From the NCBI GenBank assembly GCA_039800005.1, contig JBDLRN010000064.1:5540-69539 (forward strand): a stretch of 64,000 bases of DNA, read 5' to 3'. Source of the stretch: Actinomycetota bacterium. Lineage in GTDB: Bacteria > Actinomycetota > Acidimicrobiia > Acidimicrobiales > Ilumatobacteraceae. The notes under the pieces are model-generated. The model was not told where the DNA came from. It was given only the letters and a program-made list of their open reading frames with translations, and ran no database searches. Of the stretch, positions 24,061-33,001 are shown one piece after another. A program made the translations under genes and the position numbers. Each line of letters begins with the position of its first letter. Positions within the stretch are counted from its first letter, which is position 1.

Positions 24061-25326
24061 TCAGGCGTTGGGCGCCAGACGCACGATGGTCGCCGCGGCC
24101 TTGTAGGCGGCTTCGGCCGGACCGATCTCGTCGGGACGCAGCAGGTTGGCCATGATACGCAACACCCATTCCATGAGCGTGCGACTGTGCATGCCCACCC
24201 GACTCAACTCGCGCATGATGACCGGACGGCCGATGATGCGTGCGAACAGTCGAGCCACCTTGAAGTACTGGCCGTACTCGGCGTCGAGCAACTGCTGGTA
24301 CTGCTGCAACGCAGCCGGATCGTTCTCACTGATCGCTTGATACAGAACATCGGCGGCGATGCGCGCGGTCTCGTACGCATAGTCGATCCCTTCGCCGTTG
24401 AAGGGGTTCACACTTCCGGCGGCGTCGCCGACGACGAGATACGTGGGGCCCCACTTCGGTCCGACCGAACCGCCCATGGGGATACGACCCGACGTGGCCT
24501 TGTTGGTGGGATTGTCGGGATCGATCTCCCACTTGTCGGCCACCATGTGTGCGTACTCGTTGAGCAGGTGAGTCGTGTTGACGCTCTTGAAGTCGCGGAA
24601 CGTGGAGAGCAATCCGACACCGATGTTCACCGTGCCGTCGCCCACCGGGAAGATCCAGCCGTAACCGGGCAACGGGTTTCCGTTGCGATCCTTCACGTCG
24701 AGAGCCGATTCGATCCAGGGATCGGCGTGACGGGGCGTCTCCCAGTACGTGCGAATCGCCGTTCCGTAAGGCCATTCCTTGGTGCGGAAGGTTCCGAGCG
24801 CGCGACCGAAACGACTGTTGGCACCATCGGCCACGACCACGTAGTTGGCCGACACGTCGATCGACTTTCCGTCCTTGTTGGTGAGCGTCGCGCCACGCAC
24901 GAAACCTCGATCGAGAATCGGTGCTCCGGCTTCGTGACCTTCGAGAAGGGTTGCGCCGGCTCGCTCGGCGTTGCGCGCCACCATCGTGTCGAGTTCCCGA
25001 CGACGCACGACGTAGCCGTGCTGTGGGTAGATCGGATGGGTGGGCCACTGCAGTTCGAGTTCACGTCCGTGCGCCGTGGCCCGCAGACCTTCGTACCGAT
25101 GGAACTGCGACAACTCGTCGGCCAGGCCCATGTCGCCGAGCTGTTTCACCGCTCGCGGGGTCAGACCGTCACCACAGGTCTTCTCGCGCGGGAAGGTCTT
25201 CTTGTCGACCATGACCACGTCGAGGCCGTGGCGAGCCAACCAGTACCCGGCCGCTGAACCGGCCGGACCGGCCCCGATCACCAGGACGTCGTGATGAGAG
25301 CCGTCATGGACCGTTGAAGTCGACAT
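24061..25326 (-). CDS. Geranylgeranyl reductase family flavoprotein (MenJ-like menaquinone reductase candidate)
   Basis: DVLVIGAGPAGSAAG FAD motif, KTCGDGLTPRA, GDAAGSVNPFNGEGI. Confidence 0.8.
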   Translation of the reverse strand: MSTSTVHDGSHHDVLVIGAGPAGSAAGYWLARHGLDVVMVDKKTFPREKTCGDGLTPRAVKQLGDMGLADELSQFHRYEGLRATAHGRELELQWPTHPIYPQHGYVVRRRELDTMVARNAERAGATLLEGHEAGAPILDRGFVRGATLTNKDGKSIDVSANYVVVADGANSRFGRALGTFRTKEWPYGTAIRTYWETPRHADPWIESALDVKDRNGNPLPGYGWIFPVGDGTVNIGVGLLSTFRDFKSVNTTHLLNEYAHMVADKWEIDPDNPTNKATSGRIPMGGSVGPKWGPTYLVVGDAAGSVNPFNGEGIDYAYETARIAADVLYQAISENDPAALQQYQQLLDAEYGQYFKVARLFARIIGRPVIMRELSRVGMHSRTLMEWVLRIMANLLRPDEIGPAEAAYKAAATIVRLAPNA

Positions 25327-25423
25327 GGGCGTCAGTGTGTCGGCTGACGGACTCCACCGCCCAGGCGGGCGAGCTCTGATGGGGTGACGAGCGACTCAGG
25401 CGCAGGGCCCGGGCCGCTGCGGC

Positions 25424-26245
25424 TCACATGCCGTATTCGGTACCGGCGGTCGTGCCGAGGCGGGGCTCGGTGCCGACCCCGACTTCGGGGCTGTCGAAGG
25501 TCAAAGAACCATTCTCGAGACCGAGGAAGATCTCGCTCTCCTCGCTACACCACTTCTCGTACTCCTCGGCCCACTCGCCACCCTCATCGGCTCCGGAGAG
25601 GTCGTAGCGGATGTGGCAGACCACGCCCAGGATCTCGTACTCGGTCAGGGCCCCACCGTACGTGGCTCCCTGGGCCGGCATGGGGCTGCCGTTGTAGGAC
25701 CGGGGGGCGTGGGCACCACCCTCACGATCCGGGTCGCCGTAGGTGGCGACGCCCGCCGCTTCCCAGGCTTCCGTCCCTGCGTAGACCCACAAAAGCATGT
25801 CCTCGATGTGCGGGAAGGTCTTCAACGATTCGCCACCGCTCAGCACGCGACCGGCTCCGCCACCGCCGTCCCCACCGTGGCAGGACGCGCAGGTGCCGTA
25901 GTTCTCGATGCCGATGGCAATCGGGCCGCTGGCCTCGGCTTTTTGGGGCTGGAGACCCCGGACGTACATGAACAAGAAGATGGGCAGCAGGGCCAGGGTC
26001 AACATGGCCCAGGAGGGGATGCGAGTCCGCGTCTTGGCGGCGGTGACGTAGGCCGGGTCCGGCGTGACCGGCGGGGTGACCGGGGCCGGAGCCTCGGCTC
26101 GCGGGGCCGGGCTGGCCGACGTGGTGGCCGGGACGGGGGCCGAGGCTCCCTCGGCCGACCCCGACGATGCCGAGCTGTCGCTCGACGCTCCGCCAGCACG
26201 GCGGTCGCGAGAGCGCTTCAGAAGGTGTTCGGGAATCTCGGTCAC
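25424..26245 (-). CDS. Membrane-anchored mono-haem cytochrome c
   Basis: One CASCH haem motif. Single TM helix (WAMLTLALLPIFLFMYV). The N-terminal MTEIPEHLLKRS is shared with the subunit-IV-like gene at 28401. Confidence 0.75.
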   Translation of the reverse strand: MTEIPEHLLKRSRDRRAGGASSDSSASSGSAEGASAPVPATTSASPAPRAEAPAPVTPPVTPDPAYVTAAKTRTRIPSWAMLTLALLPIFLFMYVRGLQPQKAEASGPIAIGIENYGTCASCHGGDGGGGAGRVLSGGESLKTFPHIEDMLLWVYAGTEAWEAAGVATYGDPDREGGAHAPRSYNGSPMPAQGATYGGALTEYEILGVVCHIRYDLSGADEGGEWAEEYEKWCSEESEIFLGLENGSLTFDSPEVGVGTEPRLGTTAGTEYGM

Positions 26246-26307
26246 TGACCAGTCCTTTCGGGGGACCCGATGGGGGCACGAACGACTGCACAGAATAGAG
26301 CCCCGGC

Positions 26308-26332
26308 GGTCCGGAACGGGAATTCCCGGACC
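26308..26332. promoter_or_regulatory. Palindrome in the divergent cytochrome c / bc-cluster intergenic region
   Basis: Perfect 12-bp CGGGAATTCCCG (26317-28), nested in GGTCCGG...CCGGACC arms. Confidence 0.35.
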
Positions 26333-26669
26333 GACGTCACGGTACCCCTGTCGGGTCGTCGCAGTGAGTGATCGAACACGAGTTCACAACCACCCCTGTC
26401 GAGCGGTCGAACCTGATAGACCACACCGTTGGAACCTCTCTCGGTCGGTACGTCGCCGGGTCGGTTCTCGCACCCTCCGCCCTCCCGGTGGCCCCGCCAA
26501 GGTCGCCGAACGTGACCGACGTCGTCGGTTCCGGTCGTGGCGAGTTGGGTGGTCGAGAACCCCTGCCGACTAAGGTCGCGAAAGTATCCACACGGTGGTG
26601 CATCGTCCTGTGCGACGGTTCGCCTTCGACAAACGACCAGTTCACGCGGCCCGACGGGGCACAGAAGGG

Positions 26670-27158
26670 ATGACCGGCACGATGCTGGCGATCGACATTC
26701 TGAAATGGCCGGGGATGAATCAGGCTTTCCTCTTCACCTTTGCGCTCACGCTCGTGCTCACCGGCCTCGTCTTCGTGTACGGCAAGCGCCGTCCGCTCGG
26801 CACCCCGGTCTCGTGGGGTGAGGCGATGATCGGCTCGGTCTACGCGTTCTTCGTGATGTTCCTGGCCTACGGCGTGGTGCCGCACCAGTGGCTGGTTCAC
26901 GTCCAGAACGAACTCGGCTGGCAGTCCGACAAGATGCTCTACGGCCCTGGCGACATCTTCAAGTCACAGGCGAAGGGTGGAAGCTTTCCCTTCGACATCA
27001 ACTACCTGCAGGTCGGCGACATCCTCGTGACCGGCATCTACGGACTCTTCCTCGGTCTGCAGATCTACATCTGGGTGTGGTGGCAGAAGCGGGGCAAGTC
27101 GGCCTCCACCGAACTCGAGAAGTCCACGTACGGCCGCCCGTTGGTGAAGAAGGTCTGA
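26670..27158 (+). CDS. Integral membrane protein, unknown function, first gene of the bc-type cluster
   Basis: ORF 26595..27158. ATG 26670 or 26682 preferred (MTGTMLAIDILKW...). Four hydrophobic segments. The stop is 1 nt before the ferredoxin ATG. Confidence 0.6.
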   Translation: MTGTMLAIDILKWPGMNQAFLFTFALTLVLTGLVFVYGKRRPLGTPVSWGEAMIGSVYAFFVMFLAYGVVPHQWLVHVQNELGWQSDKMLYGPGDIFKSQAKGGSFPFDINYLQVGDILVTGIYGLFLGLQIYIWVWWQKRGKSASTELEKSTYGRPLVKKV

Positions 27159-27159
27159 C

Positions 27160-27573
27160 ATGGCTCGCACCGACGCCAATCCGCCGATGATGCCGTACAC
27201 CGACCAGTACCAACTGGTCGAGGTCGATGCCGATTACCTGACCAAGGCCGTCAAGCCCAAGCAGTTCATCCACATCGATCAGTCCGAATGCATCATGTGC
27301 GAGGGTTGCGTCGACATCTGCCCCTGGAAGTGCATCCACATGGTGCAGCCCGAGGCGATCGTCGAAGCCACCGGCACCGAGAGGCCGGGTCTCGACCCCA
27401 ACGACAACGTGATCTTCATCATCGACGACGACGTGTGCACGCGTTGTGCACTGTGCGTCGATCGCTGCCCCACTGGTGTGATCATCCTCGGCAAGGCCGG
27501 CGCGGCCCTCGCCACGGGTGACACCCACATGCGCACCAACAACCACGGTTACGCCTACGGAATGCGTTTCTAG
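27160..27573 (+). CDS. 2x[4Fe-4S] dicluster ferredoxin-domain protein
   Basis: CIMCEGCVDICP and CTRCALCVDRCP motifs. Confidence 0.85.
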   Translation: MARTDANPPMMPYTDQYQLVEVDADYLTKAVKPKQFIHIDQSECIMCEGCVDICPWKCIHMVQPEAIVEATGTERPGLDPNDNVIFIIDDDVCTRCALCVDRCPTGVIILGKAGAALATGDTHMRTNNHGYAYGMRF

Positions 27574-27586
27574 GAGACGACGAACT

Positions 27587-28369
27587 ATGGCCAAGGTCAT
27601 CGACAACCCCCGCCCCACCGCCAAGGAGCGTCTGAACAAGACGATCGAATCGGTTCAGGGCAGCCAAGCCTGGAACTCGATCTTCCGACCCGGATCGATC
27701 TTCCGCAAGGGCTACACCGACAGCCCACGTAATCGTTCGTACGTGGTGATGAACTCGGTGCTCTACCACTTGCACCCCGTGAAGGTGAAGCGTCACGCCG
27801 TCAAGGTGAGCTACACGCTCTGCCTCGGTGGACTCAGCTTCTTCCTCTTCATCCTGCTCACCGTCACCGGCATCTTCTTGATGTTCTTCTACCGCCCCGA
27901 AGCCACGGCGGCCTGGAACGACATCAAGAGTCTGCAGACGTCGGTGGCTTTCGGATTGCTGGTGCGCAACATGCATCGCTGGGGAGCCCACCTGATGGTG
28001 CTCTCGGTGTTCTTGCACATGGCGCGCGTCTTCTACCACGGTGCGTACAAGCCGCCGCGAGAGTTCAACTGGGTGATCGGCGTCGTGCTGCTCACTCTCA
28101 CGTTGTTGCTGTCGTTCACCGGCTATCTGCTGCCGTGGGACCAGTTGGCCATGTGGGCCGTCGCCGTGGGTACCAACATGATGGGGTACACACCGGTGTT
28201 CGGTTCGCAAGTTCGTTTCGTGCTGCTCGGCGGTGTCGAGATCGGCTCCGAAACTCTGTTGCGTTGGTACGTGTTGCATGTGCTGATGCTTCCCTTCGTG
28301 ATCGTCATCTTCATGGCGATCCACTTCTGGCGAGTTCGTAAGGACGGAGGCATCTCGGGTCCGCTGTGA
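27587..28369 (+). CDS. qcrB: Cytochrome b6-type (four-helix, split) cytochrome b
   Basis: ATG 27587 after AGGAG. Helix-B His pair NMH...FLH (i, i+14). Helix-D His pair HVLMLPFVIVIFMAIH with 14 residues between. YTLCLGG Cys at 27821-23. The protein ends after helix D. Confidence 0.85.
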   Translation: MAKVIDNPRPTAKERLNKTIESVQGSQAWNSIFRPGSIFRKGYTDSPRNRSYVVMNSVLYHLHPVKVKRHAVKVSYTLCLGGLSFFLFILLTVTGIFLMFFYRPEATAAWNDIKSLQTSVAFGLLVRNMHRWGAHLMVLSVFLHMARVFYHGAYKPPREFNWVIGVVLLTLTLLLSFTGYLLPWDQLAMWAVAVGTNMMGYTPVFGSQVRFVLLGGVEIGSETLLRWYVLHVLMLPFVIVIFMAIHFWRVRKDGGISGPL

Positions 28370-28400
28370 TCCGAGAGCCGAAAGGACGCACGAGAGAACC

Positions 28401-29159
28401 ATGACCGAGATCCCCGAACACCTGCTGAAGCGAGCCCAGGCGGCTCGCGAGAAGGCGGCATCCGAGCAAGGAGATGCGGCGAGCGGCTCCGGCGACGCGC
28501 CGGCTTCCGATCCGCGCATCCCCGCGCATTTGCTCGAGCGCAGTCGCGCCGCCAAGGCCAAGACCGAGGGCGACGGCGGTGCCGTGGCCGTCGCCGAGAA
28601 GGTCGCCGCCCTCGTGACTGCTGCGCCGTCTGCCGGCGGCGTGCCCGTGGGCGCCGGACCCGGCGGCCACACGCAGCGTCTGCTCACCGTCGTGAAGTCG
28701 GGTTCGATCCAGGACGTGAAGGCCACGCCGGTCGACAAGGTGCACACCTGGCCGCATCTGCTCGCCGTCGAATTCGTGGCGGCGTTGGCCTGTACGGCGT
28801 TCCTGTTCTTCTTCTCGATCTTCGTGAACGCACCTCTGCTCCAGTTGGCCAACCCCAACCAGACGCCCAACCCGTCGAAGGCCCCGTGGTACTTCCTCGG
28901 TCTGCAGGAATTGCTCACCATGTTCCATCCGATGGTGGCCGGTGTGACCATTCCGGGTATCGCTCTCTTCGCCTTGATCCTGGCGCCGTACATCGACAAG
29001 AACCCGTCCAACAAGCCGGAGGACCGCAAGTTCGCCACGTCATTGATGACGGTCCACCTCATGTTCTGGGCGGTGCTGGTGATGATCGGTTCCTTCTTCC
29101 GGGGCCCCGGATTCAACTTCGTGTTCCCCTGGCGCGACGGCCTCTTCTTCGAGTTGTGA
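28401..29159 (+). CDS. Cytochrome b6f subunit IV-like protein (C-terminal half of cytochrome b) with long N-terminal extension
   Basis: KAPWYFLGLQELL (PEWY-region variant). Three C-terminal TM helices. ~110-aa N-terminal extension with two IP(E/A)HLL(K/E)R repeats. Confidence 0.8.
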   Translation: MTEIPEHLLKRAQAAREKAASEQGDAASGSGDAPASDPRIPAHLLERSRAAKAKTEGDGGAVAVAEKVAALVTAAPSAGGVPVGAGPGGHTQRLLTVVKSGSIQDVKATPVDKVHTWPHLLAVEFVAALACTAFLFFFSIFVNAPLLQLANPNQTPNPSKAPWYFLGLQELLTMFHPMVAGVTIPGIALFALILAPYIDKNPSNKPEDRKFATSLMTVHLMFWAVLVMIGSFFRGPGFNFVFPWRDGLFFEL

Positions 29160-29169
29160 GGTAGATCCC

Positions 29170-30033
29170 ATGAGCTCAGCAGCAACCATCGCCATCGTCA
29201 TCGTCGCCATCGTCGTGTTGGCCGGCGTCGTGTTCGTCACGACCGCTCGTCGTTCCGACGTGCGCGGTGCCGGGGCTCTGTCACGAGAAACCGTGAAGCG
29301 CGACAAGGCCGCCTACCGCTCCGAAGACAAGGTGTCGGTCGCGTCCGGTGCCTCGTTCGAATCGGCCGAAGTGGCCACTCGCTCGCAGGCGCTCGAAAAG
29401 GCCCCCGAGGTCGCTCCGGTCGCCTGGGTCGCTCCCGACGAGGAAGCGGTCGGCGTCTCGCGTCGTCAATTCTTCAACCGCGCTGCGGTCACCATGATGA
29501 GCGCCAGTATCGGTGCTTTCGGAGTGGCGGTCGTGGCGTTCCTCTGGCCGCGTGCCGGCGGAGGTTTCGGTTCCAAGGTGAACGTCGGTCGTCTCGACGA
29601 CCTGCTCGTGCAGATCCGCAACGAAAAGGGCTTCGTCTACAAGCCCGAAGCCCGCACCTGGCTCACCGCCTATCCGGCCGGTGCACTTCCCAAGGCTCGG
29701 GCGGCCTACGCCGCTCAGCCGTCGGTGCTCGCCGGAATGGAAGCGGGCATCTCGGCGCTGTACCAGAAGTGCCCGCACCTCGGATGCCGTGTGCCCGAGT
29801 GCAAGAGCTCGCAGTGGTTCGAATGCCCGTGTCACGGTTCGCAGTACGACCGTTCGGGTGAGAAGAAGGCCGGTCCGGCCCCGCGCGGTATGGATCGTTT
29901 CGGCGTGTCGATCAGCAACGGAAACGTCATCGTCGACACCGGCACGGTGTTCAACGGCGCTCCGATCGGTACCAACACGACCGGTCAGGAAGCGGAAGGT
30001 CCGCACTGCATCACCGGCGGAGGAGGCCACTGA
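29170..30033 (+). CDS. qcrA: Rieske [2Fe-2S] iron-sulfur protein
   Basis: CPHLGCRV and CPCHGSQY boxes. SRRQFFNRAAV Tat-like motif. Extra N-terminal TM helix. Confidence 0.9.
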   Translation: MSSAATIAIVIVAIVVLAGVVFVTTARRSDVRGAGALSRETVKRDKAAYRSEDKVSVASGASFESAEVATRSQALEKAPEVAPVAWVAPDEEAVGVSRRQFFNRAAVTMMSASIGAFGVAVVAFLWPRAGGGFGSKVNVGRLDDLLVQIRNEKGFVYKPEARTWLTAYPAGALPKARAAYAAQPSVLAGMEAGISALYQKCPHLGCRVPECKSSQWFECPCHGSQYDRSGEKKAGPAPRGMDRFGVSISNGNVIVDTGTVFNGAPIGTNTTGQEAEGPHCITGGGGH

Positions 30034-30035
30034 TC

Positions 30036-31100
30036 ATGTTCGCCCTCGCCACGACCACCATCGCGATCCTCATCGCCGTCACGGTCACTCTCGCCTGGGG
30101 CGTCTACGCCTTTTTCAACTGGGCGTCGGGTCGGGCCGAGATCGGTTCCGAGATCGAGCTGGCCGCCAACCGCAAGCCGTATTACGACGACGAAGTCCTC
30201 GAAGGCAAGCGCCTCGAGCGTGTGCAGTTCCTCGGTGTCTTGTTGCTCGCCACCATCACCATCGGTCTGCCGGTGTATTGGCTCTACGAGCCGGAGCGTC
30301 AGGCCAACGCGACCGAAGGGTTCGAGAATCGATTCGCCAGTTGGGGATCGCAGTTGTTCGACGTGACGGCCAACGGTGGCTTCAACTGCGCCGGTTGCCA
30401 CGGTGGCATGAACGCCACGGGTGGTGCGGCCGAGTACACCGTGACCGACTCCAAGACCGGCCAGGTCAAGGCGGTGTCCTGGAAGGCACCGGCGCTCAAC
30501 ACCGTGTTCTACCGCTTCAGTGAAGACGAGGTGCGATTCATTCTCGAGTACGGCCGCCCGTTCTCGCCCATGTCTCCTTGGGGTGTTCGTGGCGGTGGCC
30601 CGATGAACGATCAGCAGATCAACAACTTGATCTACTACTTGAAGAGCATTCAGGTGCCGCGTGAGAACTGCATCGTGGCCGATGCCGATCCGCTCAATTG
30701 TGACGGCGGACATCTGCCCGCTTCCGTGCAGGACGACATTCAGGCCGCCGCCGAGCGATCAGTGGACGACGGCACCTACAGCAGCATCGGTGAAGCACTG
30801 TTCAATCTCGAGCTCGGTTCCGGCGCGTACAGTTGCGCGCGGTGTCACACGCCGGGTTGGAGCTGGGGCGAACCTGGCGAAACAGGAGCCGGCGCCTTTG
30901 GTTGGAACCTCACTGGTGGAGCGACCAACTCGCACTTCGCCACCGAGCAGGAGATGATCGACTTCATCAAGGCCGGTTCGGTGTACGGCGCCAAGTACGG
31001 TGTCCAGGGCCAGGGCAGCGGCCGCATGCCGGGATTCGGCAGCACCCTCACCGATGACCAGATCCGCGAGATCGTGAACTACGTACGGAGCGAGCTGTGA
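30036..31100 (+). CDS. qcrC: Membrane-bound dihaem cytochrome c (QcrC-like)
   Basis: CAGCH and CARCH haem motifs. Two N-terminal TM helices. Confidence 0.85.
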   Translation: MFALATTTIAILIAVTVTLAWGVYAFFNWASGRAEIGSEIELAANRKPYYDDEVLEGKRLERVQFLGVLLLATITIGLPVYWLYEPERQANATEGFENRFASWGSQLFDVTANGGFNCAGCHGGMNATGGAAEYTVTDSKTGQVKAVSWKAPALNTVFYRFSEDEVRFILEYGRPFSPMSPWGVRGGGPMNDQQINNLIYYLKSIQVPRENCIVADADPLNCDGGHLPASVQDDIQAAAERSVDDGTYSSIGEALFNLELGSGAYSCARCHTPGWSWGEPGETGAGAFGWNLTGGATNSHFATEQEMIDFIKAGSVYGAKYGVQGQGSGRMPGFGSTLTDDQIREIVNYVRSEL

Positions 31101-31918
31101 GTGCGATCTTGAGCATCGGCTGGGAGCCCGAAATTCGTGGCCTTCTCACCGTCATCATCGGTGCGGTGGCTTTGGGGGGCAGCGTCTATCTGCTTCTCGC
31201 CACCAACATGGGAATTCGGCTCGGTTTCCTCGTCGCCTTCGCCGGGCTGTTCGGCTGGATGGCGACCATGGGCGCGATCTGGTGGGCATACGGCATCGGT
31301 CTCACCGGCCGTATGCCGACGTGGGAGCCGGCCCAGCCCTTCACCATCGTGCGTGAGGGACCGCGACTGCTCGACGCGGAGGTTCTCGACACGCCCGTGA
31401 TCGTGGACGGTGGTGAGTCGTACACCGAAATCGCTTCGGCGACCGAGGAGGCGCTCGTCACCGACGGCTGGACCAAGTTGCCCGACGACGATCAGGGCCG
31501 AGGGCAGGCGGTGGCCGCCGCCGACGAGATCATCCAGGTCGAGGCCGAATTGTTCGCAGCCGGGGAATATCAGGCCGTGGCGGTGTACACCCGTGGCGGA
31601 GAGCGTTGGCCCAAGATCGGCGACAACATCGACTTCCTCGCTTTCTTCCACGACCCGCATTACGCCGTCGTCGAGATCGCCCCGGTCGTCCCTCAGCGCG
31701 TCGAGCCTGGTCGCGCTCCGGCCCGTCCGGTGATCGACGAGGCACAGCCTCATCAGTACGTGGTGATGCTCCGCGATCTCGGCACCAAGCGTCAGCCGGC
31801 TGCGTTCATCACCATCGGTTCGACGATCATCTTCCTGGTGAGCTGCTGGGTGCTCCACCGCCGAGATCGGGTGTTGGCCCGCCACCTCTCGGGTGCTGTC
31901 GTCCCGGCCCGGAGCTGA
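31097..31918 (+). CDS. Integral membrane protein, unknown function, linking the bc-type and nuo genes
   Basis: GTG 31097 overlaps the qcrC stop (GTGA). Three N-terminal TM helices and one C-terminal. Ends 3 nt before nuoA. Confidence 0.6.
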   Translation: MSAILSIGWEPEIRGLLTVIIGAVALGGSVYLLLATNMGIRLGFLVAFAGLFGWMATMGAIWWAYGIGLTGRMPTWEPAQPFTIVREGPRLLDAEVLDTPVIVDGGESYTEIASATEEALVTDGWTKLPDDDQGRGQAVAAADEIIQVEAELFAAGEYQAVAVYTRGGERWPKIGDNIDFLAFFHDPHYAVVEIAPVVPQRVEPGRAPARPVIDEAQPHQYVVMLRDLGTKRQPAAFITIGSTIIFLVSCWVLHRRDRVLARHLSGAVVPARS

Positions 31919-31921
31919 GCC

Positions 31922-32386
31922 ATGGGACAGTACCTTCCGGTCATCGCGCTCATGATCCTGGGGGTTCTGTTCGGCGTACTCAGTTTCGTGGCGTCGCGAT
32001 TGCTCGCGCCTCGTCGCCCGTCGGTGGCCAAGGAAGCTCCCTACGAGTGTGGCATCGTGCCGAGCCGAGAGAACCCGGAACGTTTCCCGGTGAGCTTCTA
32101 CATAGTGGCGATGTTGTTCATCATGTTCGACATCGAGATCGTGTTCATCTATCCCTACGCCGTGAGCCGTGGTGAACTCGGAGCCTTCGCCTTCTGGGAG
32201 ATGGTCGCCTTCAGCGCAGTCTTCTTCGCCGCTTTCGTGTACGTGATCGCCCGCGGTGCGCTCGATTGGGGTCCGGTGGCCAAGGCGCGCCGCCTGGTGG
32301 ACGGTGTGACGTCCGAACGGACGTCCACTTCGACGATTCGTCGCGTCGGTCTGGAAGGACGCGTCGACGCCGACCAGGCGGCCTGA
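31922..32386 (+). CDS. nuoA: NADH-quinone oxidoreductase subunit A
   Basis: YECGI...FDIEIVFIYPYA motifs. Position in the operon. Confidence 0.88.
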   Translation: MGQYLPVIALMILGVLFGVLSFVASRLLAPRRPSVAKEAPYECGIVPSRENPERFPVSFYIVAMLFIMFDIEIVFIYPYAVSRGELGAFAFWEMVAFSAVFFAAFVYVIARGALDWGPVAKARRLVDGVTSERTSTSTIRRVGLEGRVDADQAA

Positions 32387-32401
32387 CGGCGGAGGTTTGA
32401 C

Positions 32402-33001
32402 ATGAGTCTTGTTCGCAACGTCCTCGACGACGGTCTCGGTGGGATCCAGCACAACTTCCTCACCGGCAAGATCGAGGACCTCGTCAAGTGGTCGCGCAGT
32501 CGCTCGAGTTGGGGTGCGACCTTCGGTCTGGCCTGCTGTGCCATCGAGATGATGGGCACCGGTGGCGCGCACTACGACATCGCGCGTTTCGGAATGGAAG
32601 TGTTCCGCGCCTCTCCGCGTCAGGCCGACATTCTCATCGTCGCCGGCCGCGTGAGTCAGAAGATGGCGCCCGTTCTTCGCCAGGTGTACGACCAGATGAT
32701 GGAACCGAAGTGGGTCATCTCGATGGGCGTGTGCGCATCGAGCGGCGGCATGTTCAACAACTACGCCATCGTGCAGGGCGTCGACCAGGTCGTGCCGGTC
32801 GACGTGTACGCCCCTGGATGCCCCCCGACTCCCGAGACCCTCATCCACGCCATCGAGACCCTTCATCAGAAGATCGAGGACGGCGAGATCATGCGTCGTC
32901 GTCGTGAGACGGGTGCGGGTGCCGAGATCCACATCACCGAGATCGCGCCCGAGCAGGTGCCGGTGTCGCTCGGTTCGTCGTTGCGGAGCGTGACGGCATG
33001 A
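32402..33001 (+). CDS. nuoB: NADH-quinone oxidoreductase subunit B
   Basis: [19 protein letters not shown] and GCPPTPE, the N2 cluster ligands. Confidence 0.92.
   Translation: MSLVRNVLDDGLGGIQHNFLTGKIEDLVKWSRSRSSWGATFGLACCAIEMMGTGGAHYDIARFGMEVFRASPRQADILIVAGRVSQKMAPVLRQVYDQMMEPKWVISMGVCASSGGMFNNYAIVQGVDQVVPVDVYAPGCPPTPETLIHAIETLHQKIEDGEIMRRRRETGAGAEIHITEIAPEQVPVSLGSSLRSVTA

Noticed and set aside
26378-26400. GAACACGAGTTCACAA, a possible Rex box upstream of the bc-type cluster.
   Set aside because: Only the right half-site (TTCACAA) matches. The left half matches 3 of 7 positions.
26368-26673. 101-aa ORF upstream of the bc-type cluster whose TGA overlaps ATG 26670 (ATGA), resembling translational coupling.
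   Set aside because: Third-position GC is visibly lower than in neighbouring genes. Several codons are rare for this genome (ATA, GTA, AAA, ACA, TCT). The sequence is Pro/Ser-rich with no motif. I kept it as part of a leader, but the ATGA overlap means it should be re-examined with Ribo-seq or conservation data.
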